NCBI GenBank assembly: GCA_963719225.1
Contig: CAVRAY010000001.1
Span: forward strand, 2,592,001 to 2,656,000
Length of the DNA stretch: 64,000 nucleotides
Direction of reading: 5' to 3'
Origin: Thermoanaerobaculia bacterium
GTDB lineage: Bacteria; Acidobacteriota; Thermoanaerobaculia; UBA5066
Part shown: positions 21,533 to 30,530 of the stretch, piece by piece
Numbering within the stretch: the first letter of the stretch is position 1
Layout of the letters: every line of letters begins with the position of its first letter
Translations under genes and position numbers: made by a program
Notes under the pieces: generated by a model
What the model was told of the DNA's origin: nothing
Databases searched by the model: none
What the model saw: the letters and a program-made list of their open reading frames with translations, nothing else

Positions 21533-23566
21533 ATGTCGCTTCGTCTCGCCGCCGGCGTCCTTTCTCTCTCTTTCGCCATCGCCTCGGCCGCGTCGGCCGT
21601 CACCGTGCCCGTCTCCGTGACCGTGACGTACGGCACGATGACGCTGCCTCCCGGCTCGAGCCCCGCCGCCACGTCGTACATCGCCGCGAGCGCCGTCCTG
21701 CCAACCGAGGTCCTCAACGATCTCGCCGCGGCTCATTCTTCGATCGCGCCGCTCCTCGTCGCGCTTCGCGACTCGGGGGGGCCGAACACGAGCCTCGCGA
21801 ACCTCTTCAACGTCGCCTCGCATCCGGAAATCGGTTTCGGCTCCGTGGTCCTGAAATCAGGGTCGGTCGTGACGGACGTCCGCGACGCGGCGCAGATCCT
21901 GCGCCAGGCGATCGTCCTCGGCCTTCCGTCGACGGGCACCGGCCAGACCGTTCTCTCGACGTCGCCAGCGGCTCCTTCCCTCGAGAGCTACACGTACCCG
22001 AACCTCGTCGTCTCGTCGGGCCCCGGCGGCTCGGGCGGCACGTTCGACGGGCGCGTCGACGTGAGCCTCTCGCGCCTGGACTTCACCGTCGCGAATCCGC
22101 CGGCCGGCGTCACGGTGCCGATCGTCCTCTCGTCGTCCGGCCTCAACGGGTCGTTCTTCACGTCGGAGCTGACGCTCTCGAACCGCGGAACGACGGACGC
22201 CTCGATCACGTACGCCTACACGGTCGCCGCCGGCTTCGCCGGCGCGAGCGGGACGGCGACGGACACGCTCGCCGCGGGACGGCAGAAGGTCGTGCCCGAC
22301 GTCATCGAGTTCCTGAGGACCCTCAACGTTCCCGTCGGCACCTCCGGCAATCGGGGCGGCACTCTGAAGATCACGTTCACGGGCCTTTCGTCTCCGGACG
22401 CGGGAACGGCCACGGTGCGCACGACGAGCGCGGTCGCCGGCGGCCGCGCGGGACTCTCCTACCCGGGACTCCTGTCCACCCGCCTCCTCTCGGCACCCGT
22501 CGTGATCGCCGGCCTCCGGCAGACGGACACGGACCGCTCGAACGTGGCCGTTCTGAACGCCGGCGGCCCCGCGGACGGCAACATCACGCTTCGACTGACG
22601 GTCTTTTCGGGAGACAAGGGAAGCAACGTGTTCCGCGCGCTCCCGGACGTCGTCCTTTCCCCGGGCGGCTTCAGCCAGACCTCGGGTGTGCTCGCGGCGT
22701 TCGGCCTCAACCTCACGAACGGCTACGTGAAGGTGGAGCGCATCGCGGGGACGGCGCCGTTCTTCGCGTACGGCATCATCAATGACCAGGCCACCTCAGA
22801 CGGTTCCTTCGTGGCGCCGGTCCCCGTCGCTCCCGAGGCGCCGATCGCGAATCTCACGCTTCCGGCCCTCGTCGAGACGATCTCCTTCTCCACCGAGCTC
22901 GTCCTCACGAATTTCTCTGACTTCCTGCGCGGCGTGCAGCTCACCTTCTACTCGTCCGCGGTCACGGGCGGGTCCGCGAGCCTGCTCATCAAGCTGGAGG
23001 GCGGAGAGCAGCAGATCCTCCCGAATTTCGTGCAGCTCCTGAGGGACCGCGGCGTGATCAGCAACGCAGCCGGGCCGGTCTTCGCGGGCCCGCTCGTCGC
23101 TCGCGACACGACCGGGGATCTGCGCGGCATCGCCGTGGGCGCCCGGACGTCGACGCCGGGCGGCGGCGGCCGCTTCGGTCTCTTTTCGGAAGCGGTGCCG
23201 TCGGGCTCGCAGGCGACCGAGCGCGCCTGGATCTACGGCCTTCAGCAGAATGCCGACAACCGGACGAACCTCGCGGTCGTGAACACGGGCTTCGACGGCG
23301 GCGCCGACACGTTCCGGATCGACCTCTTCGACGGCGCGACGGGACAGCCGATCGCGCAGCCGACGACGCTCTCGGTCCCGGCCGCGGGATTCGTCCAGCT
23401 CAACGCGATCCTCGGGAACAACGCCCAGAACGCGTATGCCCTCGTCACGAGGACGTCCGGATCGAGCCCGTTCCTGTGCTACGCCGTGGTGAACGACGGC
23501 GCCATTGCGGGACAGCGCACCGGCGACGGCGCATTCCTCCAGGCGGACGTGCCTGGGGCCCCGTAG
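21533..23566 (+). CDS. Secreted protein carrying the same four-module scaffold at its C-terminus
   Basis: Signal peptide MSLRLAAGVLSLSFAIASAASA with AGGAG RBS; modules GLNGSFFTSELTLSN, RSNVAVLN...INDQATSDG, FSTELVLTN, RTNLAVVN...TGDG. Confidence 0.75.
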   Translation: MSLRLAAGVLSLSFAIASAASAVTVPVSVTVTYGTMTLPPGSSPAATSYIAASAVLPTEVLNDLAAAHSSIAPLLVALRDSGGPNTSLANLFNVASHPEIGFGSVVLKSGSVVTDVRDAAQILRQAIVLGLPSTGTGQTVLSTSPAAPSLESYTYPNLVVSSGPGGSGGTFDGRVDVSLSRLDFTVANPPAGVTVPIVLSSSGLNGSFFTSELTLSNRGTTDASITYAYTVAAGFAGASGTATDTLAAGRQKVVPDVIEFLRTLNVPVGTSGNRGGTLKITFTGLSSPDAGTATVRTTSAVAGGRAGLSYPGLLSTRLLSAPVVIAGLRQTDTDRSNVAVLNAGGPADGNITLRLTVFSGDKGSNVFRALPDVVLSPGGFSQTSGVLAAFGLNLTNGYVKVERIAGTAPFFAYGIINDQATSDGSFVAPVPVAPEAPIANLTLPALVETISFSTELVLTNFSDFLRGVQLTFYSSAVTGGSASLLIKLEGGEQQILPNFVQLLRDRGVISNAAGPVFAGPLVARDTTGDLRGIAVGARTSTPGGGGRFGLFSEAVPSGSQATERAWIYGLQQNADNRTNLAVVNTGFDGGADTFRIDLFDGATGQPIAQPTTLSVPAAGFVQLNAILGNNAQNAYALVTRTSGSSPFLCYAVVNDGAIAGQRTGDGAFLQADVPGAP

Positions 23567-23576
23567 CCGGTTCCGC

Positions 23577-24277
23577 TCAGAGCGTGACGGTCGTCCCGTC
23601 GAACTTCGTCACCTTCCAATGGAAGGTCTGGTTGTAGCAGGCCTTCTGCTCTTCGAGGACACTGAGCGCGACCGCTTCGCCGAGCCTCAGCGACTCCGTG
23701 TAGTCGCTCCGCCAGTGGACGCCCGCCGCGTTCCGGCCGATCGCGACGTTCGCCGCGACCTTGTCGAGCTCGTGCCCCGCGGTGAGCGCGGGACCCGCGT
23801 AGGGGACGGGGTAGGAGGCCGCACCGGTTTTGTGGTTGTGGACGCGGCCGGCGTAGACCTCTGGCCGCAGCCGCCGGTGCACGGACCACTTCTGGTACCA
23901 GACGGCCTTCAGCGCGCGCGTGGCGACTTCCGTCAGCATGCTCAGGATGTGCGGGCCGCCGAACCCCACGAACCCGATCTGCGTGACCGACGCCGGGCTC
24001 GCGAGGTGATGCGTGTCCGCGCCCTCGAGATCGAACGCGAGGCCCGCCTGCGGGCTCGTCAGCTTTCGGCCCAGCCCGAGCGTGATGTGCTCGAGGTCGG
24101 AAGGGTCGCCGGAACGGAACGCCCGGAGAAGGGTGTCGAAGTCGCCGGCGCGAACCCCGCTCCCCCGAGCGTGGCAGCCGCGGCACCCGCGCCGAGCCGG
24201 CGGACGAAGGCGCGGCGATCGAGGGCCACGGGAACCGCCTGGACCCACGGGGTCTTCCGAGAAGCTGGAGCCTCCAT
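23577..24277 (-). pseudogene. Vanadium-dependent haloperoxidase (bromoperoxidase-like) relic with Tat signal
   Basis: GAGGAGG-ATG 24277; Tat motif LDRRAFVRRL in one frame. Another frame has KLTSPQAGLAFDLEG, KAVWYQKWSVHRRLRPE, GRNAAGVHWRSD. HPSYxSGH block missing; only ~230 codons. Confidence 0.8.
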
Positions 24278-24387
24278 GATCGCCTCCTCGTTCGTTGACT
24301 CCGAAGGTTCCTTGAAGTGAGGTGATGTTCCCCCGAGAATCCCGCTGGGTACGTCCCTTGCAGGCTAACCTGAAGGGGGCATGCAAT

Positions 24388-25005
24388 ATGTCCAAACACC
24401 GAAAGAACGCGCGAAACGCCGTTTCCGTCGAGGGCACGCTGGATCCGGGAATCGCCGATCCCGACCACGGCACGCACACGCGCCGTTCCGACCGACCCGA
24501 GTTCGACGCTTCTGAAGAGGCGCTCCGCGAGGGGATGAGCTCCGCGGCGACCGCGGTCGACGAGGAAGAGACGATGGCGTCCACGGGCGACAGTGACTCC
24601 TCGCTCCAGCAGGTCGCGTCCGGGACGGCGACCGGTCTCGGCATCGATCGCGGACTTGCGACGGGCGTCGGAGGTCTCACGGAAGGCGAGGACCTCGATC
24701 CGGTCGCCGAGGGCGACTATTGGCGGGAGAACTTCCGCGAGAGGCCGTATTACGAGGCGGGTACGCCGTACGAAGACTACGAGCCGGGCTACCGGTTCGG
24801 CTGGGAAACGGCCGCGGACCCCGCGAACGCGGGCCTTTCCTTCGAGGAGCTCGAGCCCGAGCTGGAGAGAAAGTGGAAAGCCCGGGGGCTGCCCGTAGGC
24901 GACGGTGTCCGCGGACGGGACGGCCTCACGTGGAACCAGCTGCGGCACGTGGCACGCGACGCGTGGGAGCGCGTGCGCCGGGGAGAAGAGGAACAGTCTC
25001 TCTAG
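24388..25005 (+). CDS. Acidic hypothetical protein with conserved YWRENF..RPYY..YEPGYRFGW domain (possibly stress-associated)
   Basis: Coding-like composition; C-terminal YWRENFRERPYY...FEELEPELERKW...ARDAWERV. Confidence 0.65.
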   Translation: MSKHRKNARNAVSVEGTLDPGIADPDHGTHTRRSDRPEFDASEEALREGMSSAATAVDEEETMASTGDSDSSLQQVASGTATGLGIDRGLATGVGGLTEGEDLDPVAEGDYWRENFRERPYYEAGTPYEDYEPGYRFGWETAADPANAGLSFEELEPELERKWKARGLPVGDGVRGRDGLTWNQLRHVARDAWERVRRGEEEQSL

Positions 25006-25014
25006 GAACGCGTT

Positions 25015-25716
25015 TCAGCGGCGCGCGAAATACTCGGTTCCCGTCGCGTAGAAGGTGACCCAGAAGAGGCCGACGACGACACCGGCGGCGGTGTCGGAGG
25101 TCCAGTGAGCCCCGAGATAGATCCGGCTCACGGCGACGCCCACGACCACGAGGACACAGGCGACGAGGGAGCCGGTCCGGATCGCCCGCAGGGCCGCGCG
25201 GCGGCGCGAGAGGTGGAACACGACGGCGACGATGCCGCCGAAGAGGACGGTCGACATCGTCGCGTGTCCGCTCGGGAAGCTGTACGTGTCCTCCGTGACG
25301 AGCGCGGGCCAGAGGGCGGGACGCGCCCGTCCGAAAGCGATCTTGAGCGTGAATTCCAGGACGAAGCCTCCCATTACCGACCCGGCGAAGAGGAGCGCCG
25401 AAATCATGTGTTGCTCCAGGACGAGCAGAACGATGACGAGGGCCGTGAGGGCCACGATGAACGGCGCGCTTCCGAGAAACGTGAGCGCCTTCATGAACCG
25501 GGTGAGCCCGGGCGATCGGAGTCCGGCGAGCGCGCCGCCGATCGCAAAATCCAGAGGCTGCGGCTTCGTCGCGACCTCGAAGACCTCCTCCGCGAGAAGT
25601 CCGAAAAGCACCGCCAGAACCGCGCACGCCAGGGCGCCGAGCGTGAAATAGAGACCCACCTCGCCCTCGGGCGAGAAGCGCCTCGCCAGGAACGCACGAA
25701 GGGCCGCAAGCTCCAC
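25015..25716 (-). CDS. PAP2 family membrane phosphatase
   Basis: KIAFGRARP, SFPSGH, SRIYLGAHW motifs; GAGGAG before GTG. Confidence 0.9.
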   Translation of the reverse strand: MELAALRAFLARRFSPEGEVGLYFTLGALACAVLAVLFGLLAEEVFEVATKPQPLDFAIGGALAGLRSPGLTRFMKALTFLGSAPFIVALTALVIVLLVLEQHMISALLFAGSVMGGFVLEFTLKIAFGRARPALWPALVTEDTYSFPSGHATMSTVLFGGIVAVVFHLSRRRAALRAIRTGSLVACVLVVVGVAVSRIYLGAHWTSDTAAGVVVGLFWVTFYATGTEYFARR

Positions 25717-25733
25717 TCGGGTCCGCTCCTCGC

Positions 25734-26636
25734 TCAGGAAACGCCGGGGCCGCCGGGAGGCTGCGTTTCCCCGAACTCGCCCGACTCGCGCACGTGGAAT
25801 CGCGCGGCGCGCGCTTCCTGGGTCCTCCGGAGCCGCGTCCGGAAGGTGAGAACCTCGAGCTGTCTCAGGCGCTCGGCTTCCCCCGATCGGTGCCTCTGCT
25901 GGTGGCGCGCGACGGCGAGGAGGAGCGCGCTCCTCACGTATTCGCGGCGCTCGTCCGGACGTCCGAAACGCTTTTCGAATCCGCGCGTCCACGGAAGCCG
26001 CAAGGCGACCGCATCCTCCTCGGGCAGGAGGCCCATCGTGACCTCCTCGGCGAGCTCACGCGAGACGCGCGCGCGCTCGGCGAGGACCACCGGAGCCCAC
26101 GCGAGGACTCCCGCCGCGAGAGCGCCGGCCGCGACGAGGGGCTCGAAACGGCGCGGAACGCCGGCGAAGAGACCCGATAACGCGGCCGCGAGCAGAAGGG
26201 GCGACACGCCGGCGCTCGTCCAGGCCGCGGCTTCCCTCCAACCGGCTTCCGCGCTCGCGCGCGTCGCTTCCGCCGCGAACGCCGACACGGCGGCCAGGAC
26301 GATTGCGGCGAGGGCGGGCGCCTGCCATCCGGGAAGATGCCGACCCGCGACGGCGGTCGCGCACGCGGCGCCTCCGGCGGCGAGCGCGCCGGCCGCAAGG
26401 CCGTCCCCGGCGATCGGCGACCAGGTGCGCGCGGCTCCGAGCGCGACGAGAGCGACGAGAGCCGCGGCAAGGAGCGCGGCCGTCCCGGCGCCGGGCATCT
26501 CCGCGATCCGCGCTCCGAAGACGGCGAATCCCGCCAGGACGCCCGCGATGAAAGCTGCGGAGCGATTCGCGGACCGGCCCGCGAGGAAGAGCGCGAGAAC
26601 GGCCGCAAAGATCCGGATGACGGTCTCGGCGCTCAT
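25734..26636 (-). CDS. Ala-rich multi-pass membrane protein; C-terminus resembles PrsW-family tails
   Basis: ATG overlaps ribF stop; several TM helices then ERARVSRELAEEVTMGLL; no EExxK motif seen. Confidence 0.6.
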   Translation of the reverse strand: MSAETVIRIFAAVLALFLAGRSANRSAAFIAGVLAGFAVFGARIAEMPGAGTAALLAAALVALVALGAARTWSPIAGDGLAAGALAAGGAACATAVAGRHLPGWQAPALAAIVLAAVSAFAAEATRASAEAGWREAAAWTSAGVSPLLLAAALSGLFAGVPRRFEPLVAAGALAAGVLAWAPVVLAERARVSRELAEEVTMGLLPEEDAVALRLPWTRGFEKRFGRPDERREYVRSALLLAVARHQQRHRSGEAERLRQLEVLTFRTRLRRTQEARAARFHVRESGEFGETQPPGGPGVS

Positions 26637-27577
26637 GGCAGCGGGTGATCCCGGAAGTACAGCCGCGTCGCCTCCACGTCCCGCTTGATCTGGGCCGTGA
26701 GGTCCAGCAGGGACGGAAACCTCATCTCGTCCCGCACGCGGTCGAAGAAGGACAGGCGCACGCGCTCGCCGTAGACGTCCGACGAGAAGTCGAGGATGTA
26801 CGACTCGATCGTCGTCGCGAAATCCTCGTACACCGTGGGCCGGCGCCCGATGTTCGTCACGCACGGGAAGGTGCGCTCGAACGACTCGATCCTCACGCTC
26901 GTGAAGTAGACGCCGTCCCTCGGATAGAGCTCGTTGTCGGGCTTGAGGTTCATCGTCGGGAACCCGATCTTCCTCCCCATGCGGTCTCCCTTGGCGATGA
27001 GCCCGTCCATCGCATACGCGCGCCCGAGCAGCGCGTTCGCGGAGACGACGTCTCCTTCCAGGAGCGCGTTCCGGATGCGCGTGGAGGAGATGGCGGCGGC
27101 CTCAACCGTGACGTCGGCGATGCCCGTCACCGTGAAGCCCGACGCGTCGCCGATGCGCCGCAGGACCTCGAGGTTCCCGCCCCGCTCGCGCCCGAACATG
27201 AAGTGCTCCCCGACGTGGACCTCGCGCACGGCCAGGCGCTTGACGAGAAGGTCCCGGATGAAATCCTCCGCCGGCGTGAGAGAAAAGTCCCGCGTGAACG
27301 GCACGAGGACGAGGGCGTCGATGCCGCAGGCCTCGATCGCCTCCCCTTTCTGCCTCAGGGTCTGGATCATCTGGGGCGCGCGCTCGGGGTGGAGGACCTT
27401 GAGAGGGTGCGGCTCGAACGTGACGACGACGGCGGGCGCGCCGACTTCGTCCGCGCGCTTCGCGACGTCCCGGAGCATGACCTGGTGGCCGAGATGCACG
27501 CCGTCGAAGTTTCCGACGGTCACGACTCCGCCGCGTGGAAGGTCGACCGGACGGAAAGGATCCTTGATGACCTGCAA
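26633..27577 (-). CDS. ribF: Bifunctional riboflavin kinase/FAD synthetase
   Basis: GNFDGVHLGH, TFEPHP, ISSTRIR, GRKIGFPTMN, NIGRRPT. Confidence 0.96.
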   Translation of the reverse strand: MQVIKDPFRPVDLPRGGVVTVGNFDGVHLGHQVMLRDVAKRADEVGAPAVVVTFEPHPLKVLHPERAPQMIQTLRQKGEAIEACGIDALVLVPFTRDFSLTPAEDFIRDLLVKRLAVREVHVGEHFMFGRERGGNLEVLRRIGDASGFTVTGIADVTVEAAAISSTRIRNALLEGDVVSANALLGRAYAMDGLIAKGDRMGRKIGFPTMNLKPDNELYPRDGVYFTSVRIESFERTFPCVTNIGRRPTVYEDFATTIESYILDFSSDVYGERVRLSFFDRVRDEMRFPSLLDLTAQIKRDVEATRLYFRDHPLP

Positions 27578-27589
27578 CGGGGGAAGATC

Positions 27590-28957
27590 TTAAGCGACGA
27601 TCTTCCCGACGAGGTCGTAGGGGTGGGCCTCGGTGATCGTCACGCGCACGATCTCCCCGACGCGCGGTAGCCAGCCCTCGGGCACCTCGTTGACGAGGAC
27701 GCGGCCGTCGATCTCGGGGGCCTGCGAGGCGATGCGACCTTCGAGCAGAAGGTCCGTGTCGCTCGAGGGACCCTCGAGCAGCACGGGCAGGGTGATTCCG
27801 CGCTTCGCGCGGTGCTTGGAAAGGGTAATTTGCTGTTGAAGCTCCATGAGGGCGGCGTGGCGCGCCTCCTTGACCTCGTGCGCCACCGGGTCGCCGAGGG
27901 GCTCCGCCCCCGATCCCGGCTCGGGCGAGTACGTGAAGACACCCGCGTTGTCGAAGCGCACGGCCTCGAGGAACTCTTTCACTTCCAGGAAATCTTCGTC
28001 CGTCTCCCCCGGGAATCCCACGATGAACGTCGAGCGGAGCGAGATGTCGGGAACAGTTTTTCGGATTTCTTCGAATTGTCGGAGATAGCTGGCGGCATCG
28101 CCTCCGCGTTTCATGGCGGCGAGGATCTTCCGCGAGACGTGCTGGAGCGGCATGTCCACGTACGGGACGAAGCGCTTCTCCTTCGCCATGAGCTCGAAGA
28201 CGCCCGGATGCAGCGTCTTCGGATATGCATAGAGAAACCGAACCCACGGAAACGACGTTTCTCTCAGAAGGGTTTCGACGAGCGTCGCGAGGCCGGTTCG
28301 GCCCAGGCCCAGATCCTCGCCGTAGCGCGTCGTGTCCTGCGAGATCAGGACGAGCTCCTTCACGCCCTGGACCTCGAGCGCCTGCGCCTCCTTCACGAGC
28401 GACGCAACCGTCCGCGACCGCATGAGGCCGCGCATCTGCGGAATCGTGCAAAACGTGCACGGGTTGTTGCAGCCCTCGGCCACCTTCAGGTACGCGTAGC
28501 CCTTGCGGTGCGTGAGGACGCGCGGGGAGAGGTCGTCGTAGAGGCGCGTCGCGAGCGGCTTGTTGGTGAAGCGCGGGAGCGCCGGGAGGCCCAGGGCTGC
28601 GGCGGGCGCTTTCTCGAGCTCGTCGAGACCGATGAAGTGATCCACTTCGGGAATCTCGTCGGCGAGCTCCTTCCCGTATTTCTGCACCATGCAGCCCGCG
28701 ACGACGACGCGGTCGATCTCGCCGGCAGCCTTGCGCGCGACCTCGCGGAGGATCGCCCCGACGGACTCCTCCTTGGCCGAGTCGATGAAGCCGCACGTGT
28801 TCACGATGACGACGCGCGACTTCTCCGGGTCCGTCAGCGTCAGCCCTTCCCTCTGCAGATGTCCCAGCATCACCTCGGTATCGACGAGGTTCTTCGGGCA
28901 ACCGAGAGAGACGATGCCCACGGACGGGAGGGGAAGAGGAAGAAGGGGATTTTTCAT
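27590..28957 (-). CDS. rimO: Ribosomal protein S12 methylthiotransferase
   Basis: SLGCPKNLVD, NTCGFI, GCNNPCTFC (radical SAM), QAPEIDG TRAM domain. Confidence 0.95.
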   Translation of the reverse strand: MKNPLLPLPLPSVGIVSLGCPKNLVDTEVMLGHLQREGLTLTDPEKSRVVIVNTCGFIDSAKEESVGAILREVARKAAGEIDRVVVAGCMVQKYGKELADEIPEVDHFIGLDELEKAPAAALGLPALPRFTNKPLATRLYDDLSPRVLTHRKGYAYLKVAEGCNNPCTFCTIPQMRGLMRSRTVASLVKEAQALEVQGVKELVLISQDTTRYGEDLGLGRTGLATLVETLLRETSFPWVRFLYAYPKTLHPGVFELMAKEKRFVPYVDMPLQHVSRKILAAMKRGGDAASYLRQFEEIRKTVPDISLRSTFIVGFPGETDEDFLEVKEFLEAVRFDNAGVFTYSPEPGSGAEPLGDPVAHEVKEARHAALMELQQQITLSKHRAKRGITLPVLLEGPSSDTDLLLEGRIASQAPEIDGRVLVNEVPEGWLPRVGEIVRVTITEAHPYDLVGKIVA

Positions 28958-29163
28958 TGAACGGGAAGAGCGTTCCGGCCTCGCACGCGGGCGGCCCACG
29001 CGCTGCGGCAGACTTCCGATTCTACATCGAAGATCGACGACGTGGCCGAGCCCTCCCCTCCATTGCGCTGCCGGTGTTCCGCCGTGAAAAAAGAGCGCCA
29101 ACACGCTGGTCTGGAACCGGCAACCGGGGTATAAGGACGCCCACACCGTCAGAAGGAGGTTCC

Positions 29164-29430
29164 ATGCCCCTCAAGTCCGCCAAAGAGAAGTTGCAGGACC
29201 TGAGCACGTTCATTCCGAACGCAAAGAAGGCGATCGCTCAATTCGAAGAACTGGCCAAGCGGCTCGAGGAACCGGAATTCCAGAAGTTGTGGGACAGCGA
29301 TTCGGCGGCAGCGCTGCGGGCCGTGGGGATCGACCCGGAAGCCCGCCGAGAGATGGGACTTCCAGCCTACGAAGACGGGGCTCAGTGCAACAACTGCATC
29401 ACGCCCAATGGCCACGCCTGCCACTGCTGA
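29164..29430 (+). CDS. 88-aa peptide with NHLP-like helical leader and Cys/His-rich C-terminus; candidate RiPP precursor or metal-binding peptide
   Basis: AGAAGGAGGT RBS just before ATG; TATAAG upstream; PEFQKLWDSDSAAALRAVGIDPE; ends GAQCNNCITPNGHACHC*. Confidence 0.75.
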   Translation: MPLKSAKEKLQDLSTFIPNAKKAIAQFEELAKRLEEPEFQKLWDSDSAAALRAVGIDPEARREMGLPAYEDGAQCNNCITPNGHACHC

Positions 29431-29492
29431 CCGCGCCCGCGGCAGGATCGCACTGCTCGCCCGCTGATCCGAACGGCACGAATCCGAAGACC

Positions 29493-29534
29493 GCCTCACA
29501 ACGCGTTTTAGCGGACTCGGCGGCTAAGCTCGGC
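29493..29534 (+). repeat. Degenerate attC-like site
   Basis: GCCTCAC-AACGC-GTTTTAGC-GGAC...GCTAAGC-TCGGC follows the R''-spacer-L''...L' layout, but the R' GTTRRRY is missing. Confidence 0.3.
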
Positions 29535-29602
29535 TTCCACTTCGTGCGGTTCTGGGGCGAGCCCCCGGCGTTCTGCATGGTCCTCACATAGGCCACAGGG
29601 TT

Positions 29603-30193
29603 ATGGAGCGTCGGATCTCCATCGAGGTTGTCGAGCACCTGGCGGTTGACCTCGCGGAGTACGCGCGCATTCCGATCGCGTACGAGGTGCGCCAGATTTT
29701 CGACGTCGTCGCGGCAGCCAAAGGACTTGGCGGGCTGATGATCATGGAACGCAGCCTCGAGGATCCCTACCTGAAGGACTATGACGCCATGGCGGGCGAG
29801 GGGCCGCTCACGTGGCCGAGGCGTTTTGATCTTTCGAACTGGCGGCTGTTCATGGCGCGTGTAGGAGACCGACGCGTGGGCGGCGCGGCCGTGGTTCTCG
29901 ACGCTCCTGATGTCGAGATGTTGGAGGGCCGCAGCGATCTCTCGCTGATATGGGACCTTCGCGTTTCTCCGGATGCGCGCGGACTCGGCGTCGGTTCTGC
30001 GCTCTTTCGCTCTGCCGAGGAATGGAGCAAATCGCGGAGCGCTCGGCGGCTCAAGGTCGAGACTCAAAATACGAACGTTCCGGCATGCAGGTTCTATGCT
30101 CGCCAGGGCTGTGAACTCGGGGGGATCGATCGCTTCGCGTATCGCGACGTTCCTCATGAAGTCCAGCTCCTTTGGTACAAGGATCTCGGGTGA
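29603..30193 (+). CDS. GNAT acetyltransferase
   Basis: WDLRVSPDARGLGVGSALF, VETQNTNVPACRFY. Confidence 0.9.
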   Translation: MERRISIEVVEHLAVDLAEYARIPIAYEVRQIFDVVAAAKGLGGLMIMERSLEDPYLKDYDAMAGEGPLTWPRRFDLSNWRLFMARVGDRRVGGAAVVLDAPDVEMLEGRSDLSLIWDLRVSPDARGLGVGSALFRSAEEWSKSRSARRLKVETQNTNVPACRFYARQGCELGGIDRFAYRDVPHEVQLLWYKDLG

Positions 30194-30206
30194 ATGGGTT
30201 AGGGAG

Positions 30207-30485
30207 GTGAGCCGCCGCGAGCTGGTCGCCGCGCTGAACAGGAGCAGCCGCGGCATCGAGGCGCTCTTGAGGCTGGGGTGTCGCTCCGGCGGCAAGGTTC
30301 CCGCCAGCCCGGCTTACGCGTGGCGGAATCTGCCGCTGGACGTCGGGCACGTGCTGACTTACTTCGTGGCCCACGAAGGCCATCATCGGGGGCAGATCGT
30401 GCTGGCGGCGAGGCAGCTCGGCTTCCGCTTGCCGGCCGCAGTGACCGCCGGCCTGTGGCTGTGGACGAAACGAGCCGTCGAGTAG
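30207..30485 (+). pseudogene. N-terminally truncated DinB-family protein
   Basis: VLTYFVAHEGHHRGQI...RQLG motif; only ~92 codons, no room for the N-terminal half. Confidence 0.65.
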
Positions 30486-30530
30486 CAGGGCGTGCTTCGC
30501 GCGACGCGCCTGCAGGAGCGAAAAGACCGT

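Noticed and set aside
27590-29430. RimO as maturase of the Cys-rich peptide
   Set aside because: Canonical RimO in a housekeeping operon with no RRE or SPASM domain; adjacency is probably incidental
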